Below are positions 49,411 to 58,985 of a stretch of DNA of 64,000 nt, piece after piece (the first letter of the stretch is position 1; each line of letters opens with the position of its first letter). Made by a program: the position numbers and the translations under genes. Source of the DNA: Elusimicrobiota bacterium (GTDB lineage: Bacteria > CG03 > SLGR01 > JAGXOG01); NCBI GenBank assembly GCA_051745145.1, contig JBNJDT010000003.1, positions 16,221-80,220 on the forward strand. Reading direction: 5' to 3'. The notes under the pieces are model-generated. The model was not told where the DNA came from, made no database searches, and saw only the letters and a list, made by a program, of their open reading frames with translations.

Positions 49411-50334
49411 CTACTGAGCTTTATTTAATTTTCTAAAATCAACCCATACATCTGCAATTCCGGCTATTGTAAATATAAAAAAACCACTGGTAAATAGAAA
49501 GATCAATACTATCAAAATATTTCTCACCCAAATTGACGTATTCCATTTATCAAACAAAAATACTGCCAGGCTCACGCCGGTAAGCATATAACCGGTCAAA
49601 AAGATTATACTTAAATTTCCGCCTAACAGGTTAATTATATTAAACCGGCTAATTAGATTTCCCCCTAAATACAATACACCCCCGCCTAAAAACAGCCATA
49701 CCATCTCCCGGGGTAATCTAAAATTGACAAAAGAACTTATCCTTTTTATGGATTCTTTTTTCAAAGATAAAATATAGTAAACAACCGCTGAGCCGGCAAA
49801 ACTCAATATAATTGCCAATCCGAAAAAGCTTTTCCTAAAAAATTCCAACATATTTACAAACGAATTTTCGACCATAGCAAGCTGCTTAATCTCAAAATCC
49901 AGGCTGTACAGGCCTCCCACGCTCTCAGCCAATCCGGATTTTAAAAAAAGTGTTAACTCTTTTAAAAAATTTATATCAAACAGTACTTTAGTTGATATCA
50001 GCCATACAGTCCACAGCCCTATCCAGATCCCGGCGGCCTTAATTACAATTTCCAACGCCCCGTCATATTTTTTAAGTAAAAAATAATATAAACCGGCATA
50101 CAATATATAGATAACCGAATAGGTATATAAAAATACCCAGCTTTTCAAAAAAACAATAGCCGTTAAAACTATTAGCCATGAACCAGCTGCCTGAACAAAT
50201 TTATTTTCATACAGCAAATCCATCTGGGGAACTACCGATACAAATAGAAGCAAACTTCCCAAAACCGGCATATAACCGGTTAAAAATATAAAGGCAATTG
50301 AAGTTAGCGTGAAAGAAACAAACTTTTTTTTCAA
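49411..50334 (-). CDS. DUF2232 (YybS-like) polytopic membrane protein
   Basis: 307 aa, ~8 TM; conserved position upstream of rplI as yybS in Bacillus. Confidence 0.6.
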   Translation of the reverse strand: MKKKFVSFTLTSIAFIFLTGYMPVLGSLLLFVSVVPQMDLLYENKFVQAAGSWLIVLTAIVFLKSWVFLYTYSVIYILYAGLYYFLLKKYDGALEIVIKAAGIWIGLWTVWLISTKVLFDINFLKELTLFLKSGLAESVGGLYSLDFEIKQLAMVENSFVNMLEFFRKSFFGLAIILSFAGSAVVYYILSLKKESIKRISSFVNFRLPREMVWLFLGGGVLYLGGNLISRFNIINLLGGNLSIIFLTGYMLTGVSLAVFLFDKWNTSIWVRNILIVLIFLFTSGFFIFTIAGIADVWVDFRKLNKAQ

Positions 50335-50358
50335 AACACTTATACTTATTTTTAGGTA

Positions 50359-50562
50359 TTACCTTTTAAAGGGGAGCAAAGCAAGATTCCTTGCTCTTTT
50401 AATTGCCCGGGTAATGTCCCGCTGATGTTTTGCACAGTTTCCCGTTCTGGAACTGGGTACTATCTGCCCCCTTCTGTTTATGAATTTTGTTAAAAATTCC
50501 ACATCTTTATAATCAACTTCCCGGTTTGAGCGGCAAAGTCTACATCTGCGTTTATATCCCAA
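50359..50562 (-). CDS. rpsR: 30S ribosomal protein S18
   Basis: '[22 protein letters not shown]...[26 protein letters not shown]'. Confidence 0.92.
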   Translation of the reverse strand: MGYKRRCRLCRSNREVDYKDVEFLTKFINRRGQIVPSSRTGNCAKHQRDITRAIKRARNLALLPFKR

Positions 50563-50611
50563 CTGTTACCTCCTTTCTATATATTTTTTATATAATAATA
50601 TTTATTTCTTT

Positions 50612-51067
50612 TTAAAACGGTATATCTTCTCCTTTACCGTCATCTTCATCATTATCCATATCTTCTGAAAATCCCGTCGGCACTTCTTCGTCCGCATCTT
50701 TTCTTTTTCCGGAAGAAGATCCCGAGGAGTCAGCAAAAGTGAGAAACTGAACCCTGCGAGCTACTACTTCAAGTTTAGAACGCGGATCGCCGTCCGGACC
50801 TTCCCAGCGCCTTAAATTCAGTCTTCCTTCAATATATACTCCGCTGCCTTTATCCAGGTACTCAACACAATTCTGTGCTTGATTACCCCATACCGAGACC
50901 GGAATAAAATCGGTGTTTTCTACGCGCTCCCCGGTTTTACGATCCGTATAAACTCTGTTTACAGCTACATTAAGAGTAGTTACTGCATTGTCATTGGCAG
51001 TATATCTTAGCTCGGGTTTCCGGGTAAGATTGCCCATAATTACTGTTAAATTAGCATAGCCAGCCAT
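50612..51067 (-). CDS. ssb: Single-stranded DNA-binding protein
   Basis: OB fold; acidic C-terminal tail ending 'DIPF'. Confidence 0.92.
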   Translation of the reverse strand: MAGYANLTVIMGNLTRKPELRYTANDNAVTTLNVAVNRVYTDRKTGERVENTDFIPVSVWGNQAQNCVEYLDKGSGVYIEGRLNLRRWEGPDGDPRSKLEVVARRVQFLTFADSSGSSSGKRKDADEEVPTGFSEDMDNDEDDGKGEDIPF

Positions 51068-51147
51068 AATTTACCTCCTTTTCCGGGCCCGGTATTTTCT
51101 TAAATCCGGACCTTTCACAACATCTTTAATCTTAAAACTCACCTGCT

Positions 51148-51435
51148 TTACTTATCTGTTCTTATAGTCATATCTCTGATATAAGCGCTATTTAAACGGT
51201 AGTATTCGCGAAGTTTGTTTATAAACTCACCAGGTGATTGAAATTTAACCATATGATAAAATGCCCGGCGACTGTCTTTTACTTTATAGGCCATCTGTCT
51301 TTCGCCTAGCGATTCGCTGGATGAGACCTCACCGTCGTTATCTTCTATTAATTTTTCGATTTTATCGACATTTTCATCAATCTCTTCTTTGGAAAGGGTT
51401 GATGGTATAGCCATTACTGTTTCATAGGTATGCAT
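51148..51435 (-). CDS. rpsF: 30S ribosomal protein S6
   Basis: 'MHTYETVMAIPSTLS' N-terminus. Confidence 0.9.
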   Translation of the reverse strand: MHTYETVMAIPSTLSKEEIDENVDKIEKLIEDNDGEVSSSESLGERQMAYKVKDSRRAFYHMVKFQSPGEFINKLREYYRLNSAYIRDMTIRTDK

Positions 51436-51524
51436 ATTTTTTAACCTCCTTTCTGGTCCTGTATTTTATTTGAGTGAAAATTTAACCCTAAAATTATAGT
51501 TCAGCTTTACACCCAATAATCCGG

Positions 51525-51544
51525 GCTCTCTTTTTACAGAGAGC
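51525..51544 (-). promoter_or_regulatory. Stem-loop in rpsF 5' leader (GCTCTCT-gtaaaaa-AGAGAGC on mRNA strand)
   Basis: Perfect 7-bp stem / 7-nt loop within a 193-nt leader between candidate promoter (-35 TTGCAG 51601..51606, -10 TATAGT 51578..51583, minus strand) and the AGGAGG RBS. Confidence 0.4.
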
Positions 51545-51627
51545 AAAGGATCTTCTTCTTTAACTGAATTTGGTTTTACTATATCAAAAATTGCCGGTAT
51601 CTGCAACTTAAAATAAATTAAATTATA

Positions 51628-52626
51628 TCAATTATTACCGAACATAATTTTAATTATATCACCGTCACAAATTTCATATTCTTTTCCCACGGTTCGTATC
51701 AGGCCCTGCTCTCTTATTTTTGCTAACTCAAAATTATTATCCTTTAAATCCATAAAATTATATACCCGGGCCTTTACAAAATTCTCCTGCATATCGGTGT
51801 GAACTTTTCCGGCACCCTGATAGACCGTCGAACCTTTTTTTATATTATGTCCTTTCAGCTCTTCTCCCCCGACAACTGTAAAAAAAGTTACCTGCTTGAG
51901 CATCTCTTTTACTTCTTCTAATACATTTTCCAGCATGGATTCCCGGGGAGGTAAAGTCTCCAGAAAAGCCTCTCTGTCTTCCTTATCCATACTTAACAGA
52001 GATTTTTGAAAATCCACATCCATATATATGACATTTTCCCGGTCTATCTCCGGTCTTTTTTCACCGGTTGTAATATTTGCCAGAACTATCTGAGGTTTAG
52101 GGGTGAGTAATACTCCCTCTCTGTCGGGAGGGGGAGGTATCTCTTTTTCCAGCTTTTCAAGAGCGCGCCTGTAATAGTCAGATTCCGGTTCTTCCTCCAG
52201 TCTTCTCTTTACAATTTCTATATCCGACAAAAAAAGTTCTGTCTCCACCAACTGCAGGTCCTTGACAGGAGTCGACGGTTCAGAATCAAAACGGCTAATA
52301 TTTTCACCTTTAAAGGCTCTAACTACATGAATAAGTCCATAGACATTTCTGATATTGGATAAAAACTGATTTCCCAGCCCTTCCCCGTTAGCTGCCCCCG
52401 GGGGAAGACCGGCCACGTCAACAAATTCCATCGTAGGATACGTTACTTTAGCGCCGCCAAAGACATCTTTTAACCTGTCCAACCGGGGATCCTCTAACTT
52501 AGCTATCCCCCGGTTAGGCTCTACCGTGCAGTACGGGTAATTAGAACTGGGGGCATCATCGCCGGTCAGAATATTAAACAGCGTTGACTTCCCCACATTG
52601 GGCAGTCCAATAATTCCGCAATTCAT
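51628..52626 (-). CDS. ychF: Ribosome-binding ATPase YchF (short variant)
   Basis: 'GIIGLPNVGKSTLFN', 'NYPYCTVEPN', C-terminal TGS 'GAGKVHTDMQENFVKARVY'; 332 aa versus the typical ~363. Confidence 0.85.
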   Translation of the reverse strand: MNCGIIGLPNVGKSTLFNILTGDDAPSSNYPYCTVEPNRGIAKLEDPRLDRLKDVFGGAKVTYPTMEFVDVAGLPPGAANGEGLGNQFLSNIRNVYGLIHVVRAFKGENISRFDSEPSTPVKDLQLVETELFLSDIEIVKRRLEEEPESDYYRRALEKLEKEIPPPPDREGVLLTPKPQIVLANITTGEKRPEIDRENVIYMDVDFQKSLLSMDKEDREAFLETLPPRESMLENVLEEVKEMLKQVTFFTVVGGEELKGHNIKKGSTVYQGAGKVHTDMQENFVKARVYNFMDLKDNNFELAKIREQGLIRTVGKEYEICDGDIIKIMFGNN

Positions 52627-52648
52627 ACAGTTTTGACCGCTCTACATA

Positions 52649-54694
52649 TTAAAATAGAGTGGATACAAAGAAATGTATTTCCTGGATGGCACCGGCAAAA
52701 ACTAAAGATACCACGGCCATGAGTTTTAACAATATATTTAACGAAGGACCGGAAGTATCTTTAAACGGATCTCCTACCGTATCCCCTATCACCGTGGCTT
52801 TGTGAACATCCGAACCCTTTCCGCCGAGATTGCCTTCTTCCACCCATTTTTTGGCATTGTCCCAGGCACCGCCGGCATTGGAAAGAAAGATAGCCAGAGG
52901 TACTCCGGAAATTAAACTACCGGCTAAAAAGCCGCCCAGGGATGCCATACCCAAAATAGAACCGACCAGAACGGGAATAACTATAGCCAAAACGCCGGGC
53001 AGAATCATCTCTTTTAAAGCCCCCCGGGTAGTTATATCCACGCATTTTTCGGAATCGGGCTCGGCTTTACCCTCCATCAGACCGGTAATTTCTTTAAACT
53101 GTCTTCTCACTTCTTCAATTACATGATAGGCGGCTTTACTTACCGCATTCATTGTAGCGGCAGAAAATACAAAGGGAACTACTCCCCCTATAAACATTCC
53201 CGCTACCACTTTAGGCTGAAGTATATCTATAATCGAAAGATCTATAGTCATTGCATACGCGGAAAAAAGAGCTAAAGCAGTCAGGGCCGCCGACCCTATG
53301 GCAAAACCTTTGCCCACCGCTGCTGTGGTATTACCCACTGCATCCAGGGCTTCGGCGCGTTCTCTTACTTCCTGGCCCATTTCGGCCATCTCCGCAATAC
53401 CTGCGGCATTATCGGTAATAGGTCCGTAAGCATCAACCGCTACAGTCATACCCGTTATAGAAAGCATACCAATCGCCGCAAGAGATACTCCGAATACTCC
53501 GGCTACGGCATGAGCTATAACTATGGCTATAGCTATAAATACAAGAGGTATTGCCGTAGATATCATACCGGTCGCCGTACCCGAAATTATATTTGTAGCC
53601 GCTCCGGTTTTTGATGCCCGGGCTATTTTTTGAACGCTTTTACCGGAAGTAAAATATTCCGCGGTGTAACCCACGCCCAGTCCGGCAATCAACCCTACCA
53701 GCACCGACCAGAGTGGATACAGATCTTTGTACCAGTAGAAAGACAATAAGAATGTTCCTATAAGCAAGAATATAGATGTGGAAATCATTCCGTTCCTCAG
53801 GGCCCTCTGGGGATGTGATTTACCGCCTTTTACAAAGTAAACACCTATTATGGAGGAAATAATTCCCCATCCGGCCAGAAGAAATGCCAGCATAACTCCG
53901 TGGGTATTGGGATCAGGTTCCGCCGCCATGCCAATTACCATTGCCGATATTAAGGCTCCCACGTAAGATTCAAAAAGGTCGGCTCCCATTCCGGCAACAT
54001 CTCCCACATTATCTCCGACATTATCGGCAATAACAGCAGGGTTCCGGGGATCATCTTCCGGTATTCCGGTTTCTACCTTACCTACAAGATCAGCCCCCAC
54101 ATCTGCGGCCTTGGTATATATACCTCCCCCCACTCTGCCAAACAGAGCCACCGAACTTGCTCCCATGCTGAAACCGACTATAAGATCAGTAGCCTGTTTT
54201 AAACTTTCAATCATGGTAAGTTCAAATAAACCGATTTTTATTAGTATTAAAAATACTCCGGAAAGTCCGAGCAAACCAAGCGAAACGACACTCACTCCCA
54301 TGACTGCCCCGCCCGGAAAAGCAACCGCTAAACCCTCGGAAAGACTCTCTTTAGATGCCTGTGCGGTTCGACCGTTTGAAGACGTGGCTACTTTCATTCC
54401 TATATAACCGGCCAGCATAGAACATCCGGCCCCTATAATAAAAGCAAAGGCGCTGGATTTGGCTATACCAAAAAATATTATAACAGCCAGGACAAAGACA
54501 AATACTAAAATCCAGCTGTACTCTCTCTTTAAAAAAGTCATTGCCCCCCGTTGGATTTTTCTAGAAATCTTGCGTACTTTTTGACTGCCCGGGTCGTGTT
54601 TCATTACCCCCCGGGAAGTAATCCATACAAAAATCAGACCTACAACTCCTGTAAATAAAGCTACCCAAATTGAAAAATTTTCCCATGCAAACAT
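52649..54694 (-). CDS. hppA: Membrane-bound ion-translocating pyrophosphatase
   Basis: 681 aa, ~16 TM; '[19 protein letters not shown]', 'DNVGDNVGD', '[17 protein letters not shown]' signature motifs. Confidence 0.92.
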   Translation of the reverse strand: MFAWENFSIWVALFTGVVGLIFVWITSRGVMKHDPGSQKVRKISRKIQRGAMTFLKREYSWILVFVFVLAVIIFFGIAKSSAFAFIIGAGCSMLAGYIGMKVATSSNGRTAQASKESLSEGLAVAFPGGAVMGVSVVSLGLLGLSGVFLILIKIGLFELTMIESLKQATDLIVGFSMGASSVALFGRVGGGIYTKAADVGADLVGKVETGIPEDDPRNPAVIADNVGDNVGDVAGMGADLFESYVGALISAMVIGMAAEPDPNTHGVMLAFLLAGWGIISSIIGVYFVKGGKSHPQRALRNGMISTSIFLLIGTFLLSFYWYKDLYPLWSVLVGLIAGLGVGYTAEYFTSGKSVQKIARASKTGAATNIISGTATGMISTAIPLVFIAIAIVIAHAVAGVFGVSLAAIGMLSITGMTVAVDAYGPITDNAAGIAEMAEMGQEVRERAEALDAVGNTTAAVGKGFAIGSAALTALALFSAYAMTIDLSIIDILQPKVVAGMFIGGVVPFVFSAATMNAVSKAAYHVIEEVRRQFKEITGLMEGKAEPDSEKCVDITTRGALKEMILPGVLAIVIPVLVGSILGMASLGGFLAGSLISGVPLAIFLSNAGGAWDNAKKWVEEGNLGGKGSDVHKATVIGDTVGDPFKDTSGPSLNILLKLMAVVSLVFAGAIQEIHFFVSTLF

Positions 54695-55362
54695 TACTCC
54701 TCCTTTTTTTCATCCTTATTACTTTTTACTTTATTTTTTTTACCATTAAACTTAGAAAATTTCAAGTTCTCGGGAACTAAAATACCGCCCGAAAAAATAA
54801 ATTCCATTGCCTGATTTATATCAACCGGCAAAATTTCCACCTCTTTCTCGGGTAATAATATACAAAATCCCGTAGTGGGATTAGGGGTGGAAGGAACAAA
54901 TACAGAAATAAGATTATCTCCGTTATTTATCTGTATATCATTTGTTACAAATACCATGGTTTTTATCCCTTTTCGCGGATATTCAATCATAGCCACTTTT
55001 TTAAAAGCCGTCCGGTTTACAAACATAGTATCGGTTATCTGTCTTATAGTCTTATAAATCTTAGAAACTACCGGAGTCTTCAGAACAATTTTTTCAAGAG
55101 AGCCCAGTATAAACCGCCCAATAAAGTTTTTAGCCCAGAATCCTATAAACCAAATTATTGCTATAGTAATTATCCCGCTTATCAATATCTGAATCCCAGC
55201 AGGAAGGTTGGCCAAAAAAGTATAGTCTTGAAACAGGGGGAGAAATCTATCCCCTATAAACTTAAATAAAAACCATACTATCCATATAGTCAGACCCAGA
55301 GGTAATATTACAATTACCCCGGTTACAAATTGATTGCGGATTTTGGAAATTATTTTTGACAT
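54694..55362 (-). CDS. DUF502 membrane protein
   Basis: Two N-terminal TM helices; 'FVTGVIVILPLGLTIWI' pattern. Confidence 0.65.
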   Translation of the reverse strand: MSKIISKIRNQFVTGVIVILPLGLTIWIVWFLFKFIGDRFLPLFQDYTFLANLPAGIQILISGIITIAIIWFIGFWAKNFIGRFILGSLEKIVLKTPVVSKIYKTIRQITDTMFVNRTAFKKVAMIEYPRKGIKTMVFVTNDIQINNGDNLISVFVPSTPNPTTGFCILLPEKEVEILPVDINQAMEFIFSGGILVPENLKFSKFNGKKNKVKSNKDEKKEE

Positions 55363-55363
55363 T

Positions 55364-55903
55364 TCAGTTGTATTTATTCATAGTTTCCTGAATACCGTTT
55401 TTTATATAGTACAAAACAGACTGTTTTATATAAATTAAAGAATCCTGTAATTCTTTTAACTCTCTCTTATTAAACCGGGAAAGAACATAACCTATTTTAT
55501 CCTCGACCCCCTCGCCGCCTATACCTATTCTCAATCGGGGGAACTTTCGGGTATCCAGATAATCTATCACCGACTGCAACCCGTTGTGTCCTCCGGCGGA
55601 CCCTCCGGGCCGGTATCTTATTTTTTTAAATGGAAGGTTAAAGTCATCGACAACTACCAGAATATTTTTTTTATCAACCGGTAAATTCTCTAACAGACAT
55701 TTTACGGCTTTTCCGCTCTTATTCATAAAGGTCTGGGGCTTAGCTACTCTGTAAGAATCTTCAACTGTTAAAAGCGTATTACAGCCGGGATATTTTTTAA
55801 ATTGCTTTCCCATCCTGTCAGCAACCATAAATCCAATATTATGGCGGGTTTTCTTATATTTTTTACCCGGATTACCCAGCCCGATTATTAATTTATCCGA
55901 CAA
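55364..55903 (-). CDS. pth: Peptidyl-tRNA hydrolase
   Basis: 'LIIGLGNPGKKYKKTRHNIGF'. Confidence 0.92.
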   Translation of the reverse strand: MSDKLIIGLGNPGKKYKKTRHNIGFMVADRMGKQFKKYPGCNTLLTVEDSYRVAKPQTFMNKSGKAVKCLLENLPVDKKNILVVVDDFNLPFKKIRYRPGGSAGGHNGLQSVIDYLDTRKFPRLRIGIGGEGVEDKIGYVLSRFNKRELKELQDSLIYIKQSVLYYIKNGIQETMNKYN

Positions 55904-55940
55904 TTGTTTTGTTTAAGATAATTTTTAGTTTAACTATCTA

Positions 55941-56648
55941 TTATTCTTTTTCCGGTTCCGGTTCTTCTGCAGGTTCTTCTTCAGCTTCCGGTGCTTCTTC
56001 GCCGGCAGCTTCTTCCTCTTCTTCTTCACCTATAACTTTGGGCTCGGCCATCTCTTCAAGTTCCTCCTCTTCGGGTTCGGCAACTTCAGACGGGGGAACC
56101 ACGTTAACAGCCAGAGCATCTAAAGAGGTTAACACTTCTATACCTTCCCGGGTATCTATATCCCCTACTTCCATACCGTCCCCTATACCCAGTTCTGAAA
56201 CATCCAGAACAAATTTGTTGGGAATATCTGTGGGAAGACAGCTGACTTTAACTTTTCTGACTATCTGTTCAAGGACGCCACCTTCTTCTTTCACCCCTTT
56301 AGCTTCGCCCTCAACTTCAAGAGGTATTTCCCGGACTACCTTTTCGGTGAGTTTTATCTGACAGAGATCCACGTGAATTATTTTAACAGTAACCGGATGT
56401 ACCTGAATCTCCTTAATAATAGTTGTAACCGGATCTGCTTCACCAATCTTGAGGTCAATTAATACATTCTCCCCGTGCTCGGTGGATATTGCTTCTTTAA
56501 AATCTTTTTCTTCAATTATTATTGAAGTATTTTCAACATCAGGACCGTATAACACGGCTGGAATTTCACCTTTGCTTCTTAATTTATTCAACCTGCTTTT
56601 TTTAAATACTTTTCTTTCATCAGCCTTAAGTTTTACTGCATCTGACAT
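55941..56648 (-). CDS. rplY: 50S ribosomal protein L25/general stress protein Ctc, with acidic C-terminal tail
   Basis: L25 N-domain 'RKVFKKSRLNKLRSKGEIPAVLYG'; ~45-aa Glu/Pro/Ala-rich tail. Confidence 0.85.
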   Translation of the reverse strand: MSDAVKLKADERKVFKKSRLNKLRSKGEIPAVLYGPDVENTSIIIEEKDFKEAISTEHGENVLIDLKIGEADPVTTIIKEIQVHPVTVKIIHVDLCQIKLTEKVVREIPLEVEGEAKGVKEEGGVLEQIVRKVKVSCLPTDIPNKFVLDVSELGIGDGMEVGDIDTREGIEVLTSLDALAVNVVPPSEVAEPEEEELEEMAEPKVIGEEEEEEAAGEEAPEAEEEPAEEPEPEKE

Positions 56649-56672
56649 ATATCTTCTCCTTTTTTATTTTTT

Positions 56673-57611
56673 CTATACAAACAAATCGCTAACTGAAGTT
56701 TCCTCGTGTATCCGTCTAATAGCTTCTCCTAAAAGCTCGGATACGGTTAATATCTTTATATTTGAATTATATTTCTTTTTCCCGGTATTTATGGTATCGG
56801 TTATTATAAGTTTCTCCAGCTTACTTTTTTCTATTTTTTCTACAGCGTCACCGGAGAGGACCCCGTGGGTACAGGCCGCATAAACTTTTCTGGCCCCGTT
56901 CTCTTTTAAAGCTGCAGTAATTTCGGTGAGCGTTCCGGCGGTGTCGACCATATCGTCAAGTATAATGGTATCTCTGTTTTTTACATTTCCGACTACATTA
57001 TAGACTTTAGAAACGTTCGGTTCCGGACGCCTTTTATCCACTACCACTAAATCCGCATGAATCTTCTTAGCAAGATTTCTAGCTCTTTCCACCCCGCCCG
57101 AATCCGGGGCCACAACTGTCAAATTCCGGGTATCAAAATTATTCAGATACTCTATTATAACGGGAAATGCCAGCAAATTATCTACCGGACAATCGAAAAA
57201 ACCCTGTATCTGCTGGGCGTGTATATCCATAACCAGCAGTCTGTCGGCACCGGCTTTTTCTATCATATTGGAAACCAGTTTTGCGGTTATCGGAACCCGG
57301 GGGCTTTCCTTACGGTCCTGCCTGGCATACCCGTAATAGGGAACAACGGCTGTTATCCTCTTAGCCGAAGCCCGTTTTAAAGCATCTATCATAATTAAAA
57401 GTTCCATTAAATTTTTATTTACCGGCGGGGAGGTACTCTGAACTACAAAAGCATCCGTACCCCGGGCGTTTTCCAATATCTTTATCCGGCATTCTCCGTC
57501 CGAAAATTCTCCTACACGAGCTTTACTGATCTCCACCCCCAGATAATTACAAATTTTCTTAGCTAATTTCCTGTTGGCATTACAGGAAAATATTTTCATT
57601 TCGTTATTCAT
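56673..57611 (-). CDS. prs: Ribose-phosphate pyrophosphokinase
   Basis: 'IILDDMVDTAGT' PRPP-binding motif. Confidence 0.92.
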   Translation of the reverse strand: MNNEMKIFSCNANRKLAKKICNYLGVEISKARVGEFSDGECRIKILENARGTDAFVVQSTSPPVNKNLMELLIMIDALKRASAKRITAVVPYYGYARQDRKESPRVPITAKLVSNMIEKAGADRLLVMDIHAQQIQGFFDCPVDNLLAFPVIIEYLNNFDTRNLTVVAPDSGGVERARNLAKKIHADLVVVDKRRPEPNVSKVYNVVGNVKNRDTIILDDMVDTAGTLTEITAALKENGARKVYAACTHGVLSGDAVEKIEKSKLEKLIITDTINTGKKKYNSNIKILTVSELLGEAIRRIHEETSVSDLFV

Positions 57612-57644
57612 TACTCTCCTCTTTCCTTGACTTTTTCATATATT

Positions 57645-58376
57645 TTAAATACGTCTGTTTTCCCGGAGAAAAACTTCCGCATTTTTTAATTGCTCTGGTG
57701 TATTTACCCCCATAATCCTTTTACCACTCCAGACCTTATCCTGAACCCCCAATCCTTTATTTATTACAATTTCTACCAGATCGGTCAAGTAATACTCGCC
57801 GTTTACCGGTGATTTTTCCACCTGATCAAGATATTTTTTTAAATTTTTTCTTTTAAAGCAATATATGCCGCTGTTTATAAGTTTTATACTCTTTTCTTCT
57901 CGACCGGCTTCTTTATCTTCGACAATCTTTACAACCTGTTTGCCGTTTTTCACCACCCTCCCGTACCCTGCCGGATCATCAACTTTTGCCGATAGAATTG
58001 TTATATAATCCTCACTGGAAACATGTTTTAAATAAAGCTCTTTTAATATTTTTTCAGTTATAAGCGGTATATCGGCGCAGGTTACCAGAACGTTCCCCTT
58101 CCCGGTACACAGTTTAACCGCTGTTTTTAAAGCATCGGCCGTACCCAGGGGTTTACCCTGTTTTACGGTCCGGCATCCTAATTCCCGGGCGGCCTCCTTA
58201 ACCCGGCTGTCGGATTCGACTACAATTAACCGGTCCGGATTTAACCCTTTTCCCGCTTTCACTATCCTCTGGAGCATACTTTTTCCCAGTATTTTTTTAA
58301 GCGGTTTAGGGACAGATGATTTCATCCTTTTTCCCCGGCCTCCGGCAAGTATTACAAAATTGAGTTTTTTATTCAT
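57645..58376 (-). CDS. Sugar-phosphate nucleotidyltransferase (GlmU N-terminal-domain homologue; no LbH acetyltransferase domain)
   Basis: 'ILAGGRGKRMKSSVPKPL' G-x-G-x-R motif; ~243 aa; occupies the glmU position upstream of prs; start at MNKKLNF (58376), ORF extends to 58457. Confidence 0.7.
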   Translation of the reverse strand: MNKKLNFVILAGGRGKRMKSSVPKPLKKILGKSMLQRIVKAGKGLNPDRLIVVESDSRVKEAARELGCRTVKQGKPLGTADALKTAVKLCTGKGNVLVTCADIPLITEKILKELYLKHVSSEDYITILSAKVDDPAGYGRVVKNGKQVVKIVEDKEAGREEKSIKLINSGIYCFKRKNLKKYLDQVEKSPVNGEYYLTDLVEIVINKGLGVQDKVWSGKRIMGVNTPEQLKNAEVFLRENRRI

Positions 58377-58467
58377 AAATTTACCTTGGTTAAATTTTAA
58401 ATTAGCATTATACAAAAAAAGATACTTATTTTCAATTTTCCCTTTGAACCGGCCCATTAACTTTAGT

Positions 58468-58517
58468 TGACAAATTTATTTTAATTTGTAAAACTTTTAA
58501 TAATTTAAATATTTAAT
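58468..58517 (+). promoter_or_regulatory. Candidate promoter (TTGACA-N17-AAAACT) and 12-bp palindrome TTAAATATTTAA ahead of marR
   Basis: TTGACA at 58468..58473; palindrome 58506..58517 lies 13 nt before marR ATG; plausible MarR autoregulatory operator but the region is AT-rich so chance palindromes are likely. Confidence 0.25.
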
Positions 58518-58529
58518 AATAAAAACACT

Positions 58530-58985
58530 ATGCAATCAAAAGATACCGAAAAATTTTTAGAAAAAAGTCTATCAATTGTCCCTGCTCTGCGGGAAACCTT
58601 TGATTTTAAGCCGGAAAAGGTTATCCGGCAATACGACATAGGATTCCCCCAGGTGATGATTATAAAGTTAATCCATATTTCAAAAAAACCACCCAGTTTA
58701 AGCCGGTTGTCGGAAAAACTCAAGGTTTCTAACGCCATGATTACCCATTTTGTAGACGAGCTTGAAAACCACGGATTTACAACCCGGAAAAGGGATACAA
58801 ACGACCGGAGAATTGTACGGGTTACTTTAACCGCAAAAGGTAAAAAAATTATTAAAGATTTAAAAAATTATCATCGCCGGGAAATTAAAAATATTTTAAC
58901 TAAATTTGAAGCCGGAGACAGAAAACAATTTATTAAATCCATAGAAAACATATACCGGATAGTAACCAAATATGAAAAGAATTAA
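58530..58985 (+). CDS. MarR-family transcriptional regulator
   Basis: 151 aa winged-helix; 'LSRLSEKLKVSNAMITHFVDELENHGFTTRKRDTNDRR'. Confidence 0.8.
   Translation: MQSKDTEKFLEKSLSIVPALRETFDFKPEKVIRQYDIGFPQVMIIKLIHISKKPPSLSRLSEKLKVSNAMITHFVDELENHGFTTRKRDTNDRRIVRVTLTAKGKKIIKDLKNYHRREIKNILTKFEAGDRKQFIKSIENIYRIVTKYEKN

Noticed and set aside
55909-56361. 150-aa Ser-rich + strand ORF
   Set aside because: Antisense to rplY's GAA/GAG-rich acidic-tail coding region; a repeat-driven shadow ORF.
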